From IMG/VR virus record IMGVR_UViG_2675903231_000002: 64,000 nucleotides of DNA. One strand, 5' to 3'. Of the stretch, positions 1 to 8,830 are shown piece by piece. A program made the position numbers and the translations under genes. Below the pieces are notes generated by a model. That model worked only from the letters and a program-made list of their open reading frames with translations. It searched no databases and was not told the DNA's origin. Positions within the stretch are counted from its first letter, which is position 1; the number at the start of each line of letters is the position of its first letter. The stretch comes from an uncultured virus (IMG/VR IMGVR_UViG_2675903231_000002) (Duplodnaviria > Heunggongvirae > Uroviricota > Caudoviricetes).

Positions 1-426
1 TGTGTGGTAATGCTTGAGCTTCTGGACGAAGTGTGCGAACGGGCTCGCCGCGCAGGCCAAGTTGGTCGGCGAGTGGGTCTTGGTTTGACATACGAAGGAT
101 TGAGCGGCGGATTCTATCGGGCAAAGACGATTTCGCAGCCCTCAAACAGGCCGGAGGAACTGTATCCCACATTGTCGGCGTTGCTCGACCGGCATTGGGA
201 TGGGAGTGGTGTGCGTGCGGTATCCGTATCTCTCGACCTGCTGATATGGGATACAGCGGTGCAGTTGTCCCTGTTTGATGATGTGCCGCGGCGAAAGAGG
301 TTTTGGCAGGCCGTTGACGGGATTCGCGCGCGTTTTGGTGAAACGGCTGTTATGCGTGCCAGCAGCTTGATGCCTGCCGGGCAGCTTCGTGAACGCGCGC
401 AGAAGATTGGGGGTCACTGGGCGTGA
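1..426 (+). CDS. Y-family DNA polymerase (DinB/UmuC-like), C-terminal part, 5'-truncated by the window edge
   Basis: Little-finger-like region followed by QLSLF clamp motif and 'AVDGIRARFGETAVMRASSL...IGGH' tail typical of Bacillota PolY2/UvrX; followed by a YolD-like gene. Confidence 0.85.
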   Translation, partial: CVVMLELLDEVCERARRAGQVGRRVGLGLTYEGLSGGFYRAKTISQPSNRPEELYPTLSALLDRHWDGSGVRAVSVSLDLLIWDTAVQLSLFDDVPRRKRFWQAVDGIRARFGETAVMRASSLMPAGQLRERAQKIGGHWA

Positions 427-752
427 CGTCGATCCGGGACGGTAACATCTTTGAGGCCATGCGGATTCTGCTTCCAGAACACAGAGCAACAACGCAACGG
501 TATCGTGAATGGAGGTCGCGCAGGCGGCCACCGGAGCTGTCTGCGGACGAACTGTCGGAGATGCAGTACAAACTGTCGGAGGCGATTGAGCTGCGCCGGC
601 CGGTGAGACTTGTGCTGTTTCATCCGGACGAGGATGTGGTGATTATGGGCGTTCCTGAGTTGAAAGGAGGACGTTTGTGGTTATGGCGGGATGATGGAAA
701 CCGCGTGCTGGTGGATTGTCGTCGGTTGATGCGAGTTGAAACTCGCTGTTGA
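423..752 (+). CDS. YolD-like protein
   Basis: 'MRILLPEHR' and 'PELSADEL' motifs; overlaps the Y-polymerase stop codon (GTGA). Confidence 0.75.
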   Translation: MTSIRDGNIFEAMRILLPEHRATTQRYREWRSRRRPPELSADELSEMQYKLSEAIELRRPVRLVLFHPDEDVVIMGVPELKGGRLWLWRDDGNRVLVDCRRLMRVETRC

Positions 753-790
753 TTTTGGGCAAAAAAAATCCCGCAGCAGCGGGTGTGTTC

Positions 791-1060
791 TCAGGCATCG
801 ACATCATGCATCAACCCATCCTGGCCAGACAGCCATTCCCGCGACACCTTGGATTCAATGGACGATAGAACTTCGGCTGCAAATTCGCGTTGCCCATTGA
901 AATTGTTATATTTTCCAATTGCGATGTCCTCCAACGCCCCAACCGCCTCCCGCAGCGCGTCGGCTAAGGTGTGGATGGTTTCTGCATATGCTTGCGGTGT
1001 ACGTGGACCGTTTTTCACTTGTTCAGGCGTCAACATCCGCTGTCGCTCCTTTCTCCCCAC
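791..1060 (-). CDS. hypothetical protein
   Basis: 89-aa ORF in a coupled run of phage-like genes; similar in composition to the C-terminus of 1023..1565. Confidence 0.45.
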   Translation of the reverse strand: MGRKERQRMLTPEQVKNGPRTPQAYAETIHTLADALREAVGALEDIAIGKYNNFNGQREFAAEVLSSIESKVSREWLSGQDGLMHDVDA

Positions 1061-1565
1061 GAACCTTGGCGAGTGTGTCGCGGGCGATTCGCTTCATTTC
1101 ATTCCCGAATTCAGTAACACTCGCGAATCCCATAGACATCGTTGCGTTTGCGATCCGTTCCAACGCCTCCAGCATGAGGGCGTTTTGTGTGTTTGCCTCA
1201 TCGGCACGTTGTTTCCATGTCTCCATCAGCCCAAAGGACTGTTTTAGATGTCCAATAATGCGTTTTGCTGCACTCGGTGCTGTCTCTTTGGTGATCATTC
1301 CATGTGCATCAATTGTTGAACGCAGCGCACCTACGATCTGCCGCTCAAATAAAGGGCGATTTATCACTTCTTTACTCAACTCCGCATTCCGCCGTTGCAG
1401 GTCCCGTATCGTTGCCACCAGATCCCGCAGGCGCTGCGCTACAATCTCCGTGATCTGATCTGCTTCAGACCCGTCGCCGGGAATCGCCATAATCATGTCG
1501 GCTACCGTCTCCGTGCGCTGGATCTCGTCGTCAGTCAACACGTTTCCGCTCATCGACTTCACCAC
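1023..1565 (-). CDS. hypothetical phage-like coiled-coil protein
   Basis: 180-aa ORF overlapping its neighbours. Confidence 0.5.
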   Translation of the reverse strand: MVKSMSGNVLTDDEIQRTETVADMIMAIPGDGSEADQITEIVAQRLRDLVATIRDLQRRNAELSKEVINRPLFERQIVGALRSTIDAHGMITKETAPSAAKRIIGHLKQSFGLMETWKQRADEANTQNALMLEALERIANATMSMGFASVTEFGNEMKRIARDTLAKVRGEKGATADVDA

Positions 1566-1836
1566 CTTCTAGGAATTGGCGCGCCCGGTGGCCGCCGTCA
1601 GTCTGACGATAGGCATAGAATTCGATCACACGTATTGCCTCCAACAGCTTCTGCGCCAGCCACGGGCCTTCGGTGCGAGATGTGGCAATGAATTTGGCGT
1701 CGCTTGAACGCCAAATGTCACCTGTGATACCGCGCACAATCGGATTCAAACCATTAGTACCAGCCGACCATGGCCCCTTCGTCGCCTTCTCAGCCAACTC
1801 CAGATACTTCTCAGCACGTTCGCGGATACTCTCCAT
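1531..1836 (-). CDS. Ead/Ea22-like phage protein
   Basis: 'LAEKATKGPW...DAKFIA' motif. Confidence 0.55.
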   Translation of the reverse strand: MESIRERAEKYLELAEKATKGPWSAGTNGLNPIVRGITGDIWRSSDAKFIATSRTEGPWLAQKLLEAIRVIEFYAYRQTDGGHRARQFLEGGEVDERKRVD

Positions 1837-2003
1837 TACGCCATCATCCCCCTGTACCGCTCCCGACTCCGCAGTCCCTGCGAATAGTGATACCGCACCG
1901 CATCCCTCGACATCCCGGCCAACTCTGCGATCTCCGGCCAGTCCAGCAACTCCACCGCCCTCATCATCAGCACCGCCACCTGCGCTGGCTTCAGCGTCCG
2001 ATC
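1836..2003 (-). pseudogene. C-terminal sigma-70 region 4 (HTH) fragment
   Basis: Hand translation RTLKPAQVAVLMMRAVELLDWPEIAELAGMSRDAVRYHYSQGLRS...; in-frame stop immediately upstream at the edge of the duplicated unit. Confidence 0.5.
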
Positions 2004-2163
2004 TAATTATCCAACAGTTCTATAGATATTTGGCGCTATTTAGGCGCCAATATATCTCCGGAACAATGTAGACAACTCCCGCTTCGGTGCAAGTGAGCAT
2101 ACACATCAATCCTCCAGCGCAAAATACCGATTGCACTTAACTCCCCTAGGAGGATGATGGACA

Positions 2164-2361
2164 GTGCCGAGTCGCAACCAATACGTTTCTCCGCAAGTGA
2201 GGAACACCATCGAGCAGATGAAATGGGAGATTGCAGCGGAGTTCGGCGTCAATTTGGGGCCCGACACCTCTGCTCGGGAGAACGGCTCCGTGGGCGGCGA
2301 AATCACGAAGCGGCTCGTGGCGTTCGCGGAGGAGCACATGTTCGGGCAGATGAGGAGATAG
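2164..2361 (+). CDS. alpha/beta-type small acid-soluble spore protein (SASP)
   Basis: 'KWEIAAEFGVNLGPDTSARENGSVGGEITKRLV' SASP signature; AGGAGG RBS. Confidence 0.95.
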   Translation: MPSRNQYVSPQVRNTIEQMKWEIAAEFGVNLGPDTSARENGSVGGEITKRLVAFAEEHMFGQMRR

Positions 2362-2570
2362 GTGGTGGTTGCGGAGGCCCTGGCGGCTGGGCGTTTCGCC
2401 GGCGCGTCGGCGGATGTGAGCAACATAGGCTGGATCGGTGGGCCAGGATGCGCATGGGATACAGTCTCTCCTCCTGGACCCACCCTATCTTAAGGCCGGG
2501 GTTCCCATATGCGAATACAAACGCCCCCACGCCCCCTACACAGTAGTGAACATACCCCTGTTAATGTGTT

Positions 2571-2756
2571 TCAGTTAGGTTTCAGGTATTCGTTTTTCTG
2601 GTCGATGACGACTTCCTTGCCGTTGAATCTGAATTCAGCCAAAGCACGTAATACAGACGCTTTCACCACGAACCCCATCCCGGTGCCTGGTTGGGTATTG
2701 AGAGAAAGGGATTCCTTAATGTCTTCGATGGCATTGTTGAATTGTTTGATATCCAT
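2571..2756 (-). CDS. small hypothetical protein
   Basis: 61 aa with strong AAGGAGG RBS. Confidence 0.5.
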   Translation of the reverse strand: MDIKQFNNAIEDIKESLSLNTQPGTGMGFVVKASVLRALAEFRFNGKEVVIDQKNEYLKPN

Positions 2757-3479
2757 GTGATTTCCTCCTTATCGTCTCTCTATTCCAAGGAAATTCGATA
2801 ACACTCGATAGCGCCCGGGCCCTTTGGGCCAAACCTATAAAACCCCTGTTCGCCTTCCCACACCTCATATCCCCTGGAACATTGAGTGGGCCAAATACCG
2901 AATTTCCCCTCGCCTAATTATTCAACAGTTCGCTAGATGTTTTGCGCCATCTGTGCGCCAATATTTCCACGGAACGAAACCGCCCATTCAGGCGGCCTCA
3001 AGCCTGCACAAACCGGGACAACTTCCGTTCCTTGTCGACGTATTCGCAGAAAGCTCAGGCTCGCCGAAGTTCTCCTTCCCGAATGTGTGGAAGGGGCATA
3101 CAAAAAAGTCCTCCTGCGCAAAATACGATTGCACTTAACTCCAACAGGAGCAGGAGGGATCGGCGGGCCAGGGTGCGCATGGGATACAGTCTCTCCTCCT
3201 GGCCTCACCCTAATCATAAGGCCGGGGTTCCCATTTGGGAATACAAACGCCCCCACCCGCCGCTATGGGATGGGGGCGCGATCATGGGAATGTACCTAAC
3301 CCGGTGTCGGTGTAGCCCGAGCGAACCAACACATCCATGGATGATTCTCCACCGCCAGCCCCTCCGTCGCTGGCGGCATTGACAGCCACGGTTGCTGTCC
3401 TACCCACCTGATATTATGGGCGCATAGCCTTGAAACTAAATCGAAAGCCCCAAAGCCACGCTCAAAACGTCCTGGCCTC

Positions 3480-4136
3480 TTATTCAACTGCCTGAATGCA
3501 CTCCGGCACGTCGTTCCGAGGATTCCCGACGAGTTTAGGCACGCGGTACCAAACCATATCATCGGCAGGGTAGGGCTCCAGGATCGGCAGCAGTTCGTCC
3601 AGACTGTGTGCGGCACGGTCAAGGTACAGGTCGTAGTCCTGCTTTCGAAGTATTACCGGCATCCGGTTGTGTAACACCGACATGGCAAGATTGGACTCGC
3701 ACGTGAGTATGCTGCACGTGGACAGAGGACCATTTGGCGAGTCCCACGTATCGTAAATACCGGCAAGCCCGAAGAAGTCGCTGCTCTTGACTCGGATTCG
3801 ATACGGCTCCTTGGTGTTTCGATGCCACTCGTAGTACCCGTCGCACGGCACAATGCACCGTTTGCGCTCCACCAACCGCCGCAAGACAGGATTGACTTTC
3901 AGTGTCTCCACCCGCGTGTTAATGGGCTTCGGACCGCCTCCGTCCCACGCCGCCGGCTGAAGCCCCCATTTGAGCGCCCCGAACCGGCGCTCGGTTCCGT
4001 CGGAGAGGATGGCCGGGATCTGCTGGCTGGGGGCGATGTTGTAGCGCAGCGGATAGTTAGCCGTGACTCGACCCAGGCGGAAAAACTTGATAACCTCCGA
4101 CCAGTCTTCGTACGCGAAGGAAAAGCGGCCGCACAT
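3480..4136 (-). CDS. SOS response-associated peptidase (SRAP/HMCES, YoqW-like)
   Basis: N-terminal MCGRF, YNIAPSQ, RCIVP.DGYYEW and HNRMPVIL motifs. Confidence 0.95.
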   Translation of the reverse strand: MCGRFSFAYEDWSEVIKFFRLGRVTANYPLRYNIAPSQQIPAILSDGTERRFGALKWGLQPAAWDGGGPKPINTRVETLKVNPVLRRLVERKRCIVPCDGYYEWHRNTKEPYRIRVKSSDFFGLAGIYDTWDSPNGPLSTCSILTCESNLAMSVLHNRMPVILRKQDYDLYLDRAAHSLDELLPILEPYPADDMVWYRVPKLVGNPRNDVPECIQAVE

Positions 4137-4148
4137 CCTCAGTCACCC

Positions 4149-5066
4149 CTAGCTTATCCAACGGCACTCGGCCGGATCTTTGCCTGGTACAAACCCGCGG
4201 AACGCAACCGTACGAAGGTGGTGCCGTTCCGTCCGTTCAAGGTACTGTATCTTGCAGCACAGGACGGGCGCAATCCATTGCACATCGCGGTCCTTCGCCG
4301 TATGGATCTCCTTTGCTACCTCAAGAAACGCCGTTTTCTCTTCAGCTTTGAACCCGTATTCCACCACCGCCACTGGCTTGTTCCGAACGGTCGGAAAGTG
4401 TAGGCCAACGACAAGGCCAAACTGTGGTTCGCGACGATACCCGAGGATTACGGCGTCGATCTCCTTCCAGTTCTTGATCTTCAGCCAGTTTGTCGTCCTC
4501 GTATCGGGAATATACAGGGAATCCTTACGCTTGGCGACGATGCCTTCCCAGTTCCTTTGCTCAGTCAGCCTCTTCATTTTGATACCGGCTCCGTCAACAA
4601 ACATCGTCGGTGTGAGAATGTGGGACGATTGGACCAGGTCAAAGAGTCGCTGCTTGCGGTACAGGAGCGGTTCGTTCATGTGGCTCCTGTCGGTGTACAG
4701 TACGTCGAACGCAACAAACGTCACGGGGTGCGTTTGCATGGCCCGATGAATGCGGCGAGGATCCTGGATCCGGCCGCGGTATTGGAAGTCGTCGAACACA
4801 CTCCGGCCGTCACGGAGGCAGATGCCTTCACAGTCGAGAACGGCAGAATAGGCACGGATGGCACTCGCAACCTCACGGAGTTCCGGGAAGCGGTCTGTGA
4901 CAATCCTGCCGTTGCGTGTGAAACCCTCCACACGGTCTCCCTGCTTGTGCAACAGGATCCGCCAGCCGTCCCATTTGGGCTCGAAGATGTAATTGGGATC
5001 GTCGAATGCTTCCATGTGCATGTTCGGAAGCATGGGATTGATCGGAGTAAACAGCATAGGCCTCAC
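4149..5066 (-). CDS. ATP-dependent DNA ligase (LigD ligase-domain / LigB-like)
   Basis: EPKWDGWR adenylation motif, AFDVL, EGIVAKRKDS.Y, WLKIK. Confidence 0.92.
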   Translation of the reverse strand: MRPMLFTPINPMLPNMHMEAFDDPNYIFEPKWDGWRILLHKQGDRVEGFTRNGRIVTDRFPELREVASAIRAYSAVLDCEGICLRDGRSVFDDFQYRGRIQDPRRIHRAMQTHPVTFVAFDVLYTDRSHMNEPLLYRKQRLFDLVQSSHILTPTMFVDGAGIKMKRLTEQRNWEGIVAKRKDSLYIPDTRTTNWLKIKNWKEIDAVILGYRREPQFGLVVGLHFPTVRNKPVAVVEYGFKAEEKTAFLEVAKEIHTAKDRDVQWIAPVLCCKIQYLERTERHHLRTVAFRGFVPGKDPAECRWIS

Positions 5067-5204
5067 CTATGTCGATCGTGGCAGTGCTGCAGGGATTTGG
5101 CCATAGGGGAATAGTGGTAACAGGCAGCTAAAAATGTGCGGAATCTGTTTCCATCCGACAAAGGACCGCCTAAGTATCGCAAAAATCTGTCCTTTTTGGG
5201 GCGG

Positions 5205-5747
5205 TCATCGTCTTCCCTGCCGCCACAGATCGGCCAGGAATCGCTTCTCCATCTGACGCATGGCGGCTAGGTGTGCGTGAGCCTTGACCCACCCCCGCCC
5301 ATCGTACACGTCGCGGTAGCGATCGTACACCTCTCGATAGCTCGACCGGTGCATGATCATCCGCGTGCCGACGAGGTACATGGTGGTTTTGAGACGCGGG
5401 TTGTAGGCCGTCGCGACGCCCCTCTGCCTGCGCTCAGCCTTTCCCTCTTTCACAGCAAGACCAGCATACCTCCACAGCGCCGGGATCGAGCGGAAACGCG
5501 TGACGTCTCCGATTTCGGCCATCATGAGAGCAGCTAGGACAGGCCCGACACCGCGCACGCTCTCAAGCCACGGCCATTGAGGATGCTTCTGCACTGCATC
5601 CGCCATTCGGCGAGAAACCTCTTTTTCGAGATCAGCCAGGGCTGCTTGAGAGTTTTTGGCGTCGTCATCCTTCGAAGCTATACGGCTCAGACTCATACGT
5701 GCCCGTTGGATCGCCCTGTAGCTTCGAGCTAAACCGGTCAATGACAC
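5205..5747 (-). CDS. Stand-alone IS110 C-terminal / Nop-like RNA-binding domain protein (TasA-like), no RuvC domain
   Basis: 'WLESVRGVGPVLAA..MAEIGDVTRF', 'LWRYAGL', 'YNPRLK', 'HAHLAAMR..EKRFLADLW'; only 180 aa with its own GGAGG RBS. Confidence 0.7.
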   Translation of the reverse strand: MSLTGLARSYRAIQRARMSLSRIASKDDDAKNSQAALADLEKEVSRRMADAVQKHPQWPWLESVRGVGPVLAALMMAEIGDVTRFRSIPALWRYAGLAVKEGKAERRQRGVATAYNPRLKTTMYLVGTRMIMHRSSYREVYDRYRDVYDGRGWVKAHAHLAAMRQMEKRFLADLWRQGRR

Positions 5748-5769
5748 GATTCACGCCTCCAATAAAGAT

Positions 5770-5856
5770 GCCAGGCGCAGAATGAGTAGGTGCCTCGCGG
5801 CACAATAACATCAGGCGCCTGGCCTCTATCAGTATACGACACTGCGCATCTGGCTA
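5770..5856 (-). ncRNA. Candidate guide RNA hairpin (tigRNA / bridge-RNA-like)
   Basis: Minus strand GCCAGGCGC-ctgatgttatt-GTGCC-GCGA-GGCAC-ctactcattct-GCGCCTGGC: 9-bp outer stem, symmetric 11x11 internal loop, GNRA-capped inner stem. Confidence 0.5.
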
Positions 5857-6279
5857 TCACTCGAACGCGATTCGCAGCGCCTCCTCTGTTGGCTCCTCCG
5901 CGTGCGCCCAAAAACGGCGAATAGCCTCCTCCAGGCCGTAGAGATCCACATCCGACAGCTCACGGATCTTGTTGACCAGGACCTGCCCATCTATCTCCCA
6001 TTTGCTGTCCAGGTGGTTGAACCGGATTGCGTCCGCCACCTCAGCCCATATCAGGTGCGGCCGGTCGAGCATCATCCCGTTGCACGCGTCCATCACCGCG
6101 CAAATCTCAGACGCAGAAAAGCGCTCCCGGAGACTCCGCCTGGCGTCGTCTACCAGGCGGAAGTAGCGGTACAGAGCCCGCTCGATGGCGTCGTTGCGGC
6201 CCTCGTAGACCTCCGCAGACTGCTCCAGACGAGCGATCAAGTCTTCCGGGAGACGAACGGAAAGTGGTTGCTTTGGCAT
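5857..6279 (-). CDS. Ribbon-helix-helix (CopG/Arc-like) domain protein
   Basis: N-terminal 'PLSVRLPEDLIARLE...RNDAIERAL'. Confidence 0.65.
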   Translation of the reverse strand: MPKQPLSVRLPEDLIARLEQSAEVYEGRNDAIERALYRYFRLVDDARRSLRERFSASEICAVMDACNGMMLDRPHLIWAEVADAIRFNHLDSKWEIDGQVLVNKIRELSDVDLYGLEEAIRRFWAHAEEPTEEALRIAFE

Positions 6280-6296
6280 CTTCGCCCTCCTATCCC

Positions 6297-6500
6297 TCAG
6301 CAGATGGTGCGCCCGTCTGGACCGCAGCCAGGCCCGTAGATGATGGCCGGGTGCGCTGCCCTCGCAAGCCCCCGCTCCTCCAGCTTCCCGAAGACCCGGT
6401 ATGCCGTTTCCATTGCGTCCTCATATGTCCTGTGCATCCGCCGATACCGAGGGAAGCGTTGCACCCGCGCACTTCCCCAAAAAGTTAACTCGTACTTCAT
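6297..6500 (-). CDS. small hypothetical protein
   Basis: 67 aa, GGAGG RBS, co-oriented with its neighbours. Confidence 0.55.
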   Translation of the reverse strand: MKYELTFWGSARVQRFPRYRRMHRTYEDAMETAYRVFGKLEERGLARAAHPAIIYGPGCGPDGRTIC

Positions 6501-6573
6501 CGTCTTCCTCCCTCTGCCCGATGTGCGGGCATGTCATGTATTTCGTGGGCCGCCGAAGCGGCCCGGGAATGCC

Positions 6574-7050
6574 TCAGTCGTGGAACGTCTGCCAAAATTC
6601 TTCCCACCCGGCGCCATCCGGGAGCAACCGCAGCCTCCGCAGCGCTTGGTCCGCGCTTCCGTTCCACTCGGCGGCATCATCGTACAGGCGAACTGTCCGC
6701 CCATCCTCCGCCGTGGCTACTACCACGCTATCCGAGGGGCCGAGGTTAGAGACCCCGACTCGGTCCAGCTCGGACTGGATGACAGCCTCCACGCCCGCCA
6801 TCTGGAACGCCTCGGCTTCATCCCGGGTGTCGAAGAACTCGACCCGCTCCAGCGAAACCTCTGAGTCGTCCCAAGCGACCCATCGTCCGTCTGGCAATCG
6901 CGTGATGTACCACGTCACATCCCCGTTCTGCAAAACCGCCTGGGACGCCTCGAACAGCTGCGTCTCAGATCCGAAGCCGAGCGCCTGCGCAAAATCAAAC
7001 ACGGTCATACTCCTCGTCTCCTTCTCCCGTCTCGAGCGGGTTTGATTCAC
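6574..7050 (-). CDS. acidic hypothetical protein
   Basis: ORF in operon; likely start at MTVFDF. Confidence 0.6.
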   Translation of the reverse strand: MNQTRSRREKETRSMTVFDFAQALGFGSETQLFEASQAVLQNGDVTWYITRLPDGRWVAWDDSEVSLERVEFFDTRDEAEAFQMAGVEAVIQSELDRVGVSNLGPSDSVVVATAEDGRTVRLYDDAAEWNGSADQALRRLRLLPDGAGWEEFWQTFHD

Positions 7051-7559
7051 TCGGCCCAGCCCATCACTTCGTCGACCTGGCCGATCACGTCTTCCCAGTC
7101 GACCGGCCCGTAGTTGTACTCGATGAGCGGCTGAGTCAGGCCGTACCGGATGCGAAGCTCATCCTTCACTGACGCCTCTCCGTAGCCCAGCCACGCCTCC
7201 TTGCCAATGTCCTGCGCGATCTCCGCCAACATCTCGGCGAGCGGTCGCCCAGCAAACGTCAGTATGCCGACCTCTTGCGGCCGTCGCACCCACACGATCT
7301 CGGTCGGCAGAACCAGCACGGCGCCCTCGTCCGCGTCGAAATCCTCGTCCTCTGACTCCTCACCTTCCAGAGCGACGACCACCACATCGTTCATGTCGGC
7401 ACCGCGGGACTGGAAGTACCTCTCCAGGCCCCGGAGCGTGCGGCAGCAGGATACCCCGCGCCTCTCGTCGAAGCCGTCCCACACTGTGGACCGCCAGTTG
7501 CTCGGGTCGAGCAGTTCCTGCGGATTCCGGCTTGCCTCCTGGATGCGGTAGTACGTCAC
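7047..7559 (-). CDS. acidic hypothetical protein, possible ADP-ribosyltransferase-like fold
   Basis: GTG start at 7559 with GGAGG; YYR...GVS...EG pattern; shares a PTxIVWVR motif with 8246..8767. Confidence 0.55.
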   Translation of the reverse strand: MTYYRIQEASRNPQELLDPSNWRSTVWDGFDERRGVSCCRTLRGLERYFQSRGADMNDVVVVALEGEESEDEDFDADEGAVLVLPTEIVWVRRPQEVGILTFAGRPLAEMLAEIAQDIGKEAWLGYGEASVKDELRIRYGLTQPLIEYNYGPVDWEDVIGQVDEVMGWAE

Positions 7560-7592
7560 CGTTTTCGCCTCCGTTTCCGTCTTTCTGATGTC

Positions 7593-7622
7593 TAGTATAT
7601 CCAAACTGTATGACGCATGCAA
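7593..7622 (-). promoter_or_regulatory. sigma-A type promoter
   Basis: TTGCAT-17 bp-TATACT on the minus strand upstream of the GTG at 7559. Confidence 0.55.
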
Positions 7623-7734
7623 TACGAACAGCATACGAACATATTGTGAATTAATTGTGTCTACCGTAGCCAACAAATATCCCCGCTTGCGCGTGGCTAT
7701 CGACAAAGCCCCCGCCGACGGGCGAGGGCCGAGT

Positions 7735-7905
7735 TCAGTGCCTGCGCAAGTAATCGATGATCTGCTCCTTGGTCCATATCGGGCCGCTTGCCAAGCGGAT
7801 GACCGGCTCCGGAAACGCGCCGCGGCGAATATACGTCACCAGCTTGCGCTTATCCCAACCCAGGAGTTCCGACGCCTCCGCAACGCCGACAAGCGGCGGA
7901 ATCAG
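7735..7905 (-). CDS. small HTH DNA-binding domain (AlpA/excisionase-like); start uncertain, possibly the frameshifted C-terminus of the upstream ORF
   Basis: 'PPLVGVAEASELLGWDKRKLVTYIRRGAFPEPVIRLASGPIWT'. Confidence 0.65.
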   Translation of the reverse strand: MIPPLVGVAEASELLGWDKRKLVTYIRRGAFPEPVIRLASGPIWTKEQIIDYLRRH

Positions 7906-8210
7906 TTTCCCAGGTGCATCTCCCGGAAAGCGGACTCGGAGATGACTTGGCGCGCCGACGAGTGCTTGTCGTATGTCTCGCCGTCCGGCATGACCTCGAT
8001 CACAGTGGCGTCCAGTGTGGTAGTGACCGCCATGTCGCTTTCGGTCACCAAATACACGGACTCGTTCCCGCGCCGAATCCAGAGCAGGTGACCGCCCTGC
8101 TCCTCCCAAGTCTGCAGCGCCTCCCGGGCGTCCTCCGAGTACGCTCCGGCCGGAGCGTTTTCTGCCGCGATGGCGGCGTGCAGTTGTTCCACGAGCGTCA
8201 CCATATACAT
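7902..8210 (-). CDS. acidic hypothetical protein
   Basis: ATG at 8210 with AAGGAGG RBS. Confidence 0.6.
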   Translation of the reverse strand: MYMVTLVEQLHAAIAAENAPAGAYSEDAREALQTWEEQGGHLLWIRRGNESVYLVTESDMAVTTTLDATVIEVMPDGETYDKHSSARQVISESAFREMHLGN

Positions 8211-8245
8211 CGTCCTCCTTTGGTTAGTCCCATCGGATCCCGACT

Positions 8246-8767
8246 TCAATCCAGCAGGAATTCTCGTCGCACGTCGGATCCGGTCTCACGCACCCACACG
8301 ATCCGAGTAGGCCGGAAGAGTTCCCAGTCCTCATCCGGGTCGTATCCCACGAATTCGCCTTCGTAGCAGACCAGAAGCGGCAGGTGGATGCCGTTCAGCG
8401 TCCGAAATTCGCCGTCCATGGGCGGCTCTTCTTCGAATGATTCGAGCGCGCACAAGCCATCCAGGTACTGCGCCCAGCCGTCGCCGCATGGTTCGAGGCC
8501 CAACACTCGGATGATGGCATCCTGCGACAGGTCGGCTCCGTCGCGGTCAAAGAGGAGATACTCGACATCCTGTTCTGTCTCGACCTCGATACCTACCTCG
8601 GCCGCCACTTCGCGGACCGCCTCGAACCGTTCACGGGGCGGCAGGGCGTACTGCAGGAACGTGATCGGGTCCGCTCCCGCATATGCCCACCGCCGCACCG
8701 ACCGGCCGCGTTCTAGTGCTGCCTGGGCCTGCTCCATTGATTCCTCCGTGCGGACGAAGTACATCAT
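8246..8767 (-). CDS. acidic hypothetical protein
   Basis: 173-aa first gene of operon; distant paralogue of 7047..7559. Confidence 0.6.
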   Translation of the reverse strand: MMYFVRTEESMEQAQAALERGRSVRRWAYAGADPITFLQYALPPRERFEAVREVAAEVGIEVETEQDVEYLLFDRDGADLSQDAIIRVLGLEPCGDGWAQYLDGLCALESFEEEPPMDGEFRTLNGIHLPLLVCYEGEFVGYDPDEDWELFRPTRIVWVRETGSDVRREFLLD

Positions 8768-8791
8768 CTCTCATCATCCTTCGTCGCCCTT

Positions 8792-8830
8792 GTTGACTTT
8801 ATCATACGCCAAATGTATGATAAAGTCAAC
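8792..8830. promoter_or_regulatory. Perfect 16-bp inverted repeat overlapping a sigma-A promoter (operator)
   Basis: gttgactttatcatac-gccaaat-gtatgataaagtcaac; reads TTGACT-17-TATGAT on both strands. Confidence 0.75.

Larger units (their letters stand above)
2003..3257. repeat. Imperfect direct duplication (unit A about 2003-2530, unit B about 2914-3257)
   Basis: Shared blocks: ctaattatYcaacagttc...gcgccaatat (2003/2914), cgcaaaata(c)cgattgcacttaactcc (2117/3117), and about 100 bp containing gcgcatgggatacagtctctcctcctgg...gaatacaaacgcccccac (2432/3158). Confidence 0.85.

Noticed and set aside
5205..5747. Active IS110 transposase
   Set aside because: No N-terminal DEDD RuvC domain; the upstream DNA is a hairpin and an unrelated gene.
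7623..7648. LexA (Cheo) boxes here and near 9089
   Set aside because: Only CGAAC half-sites; the GTTCG half is missing.
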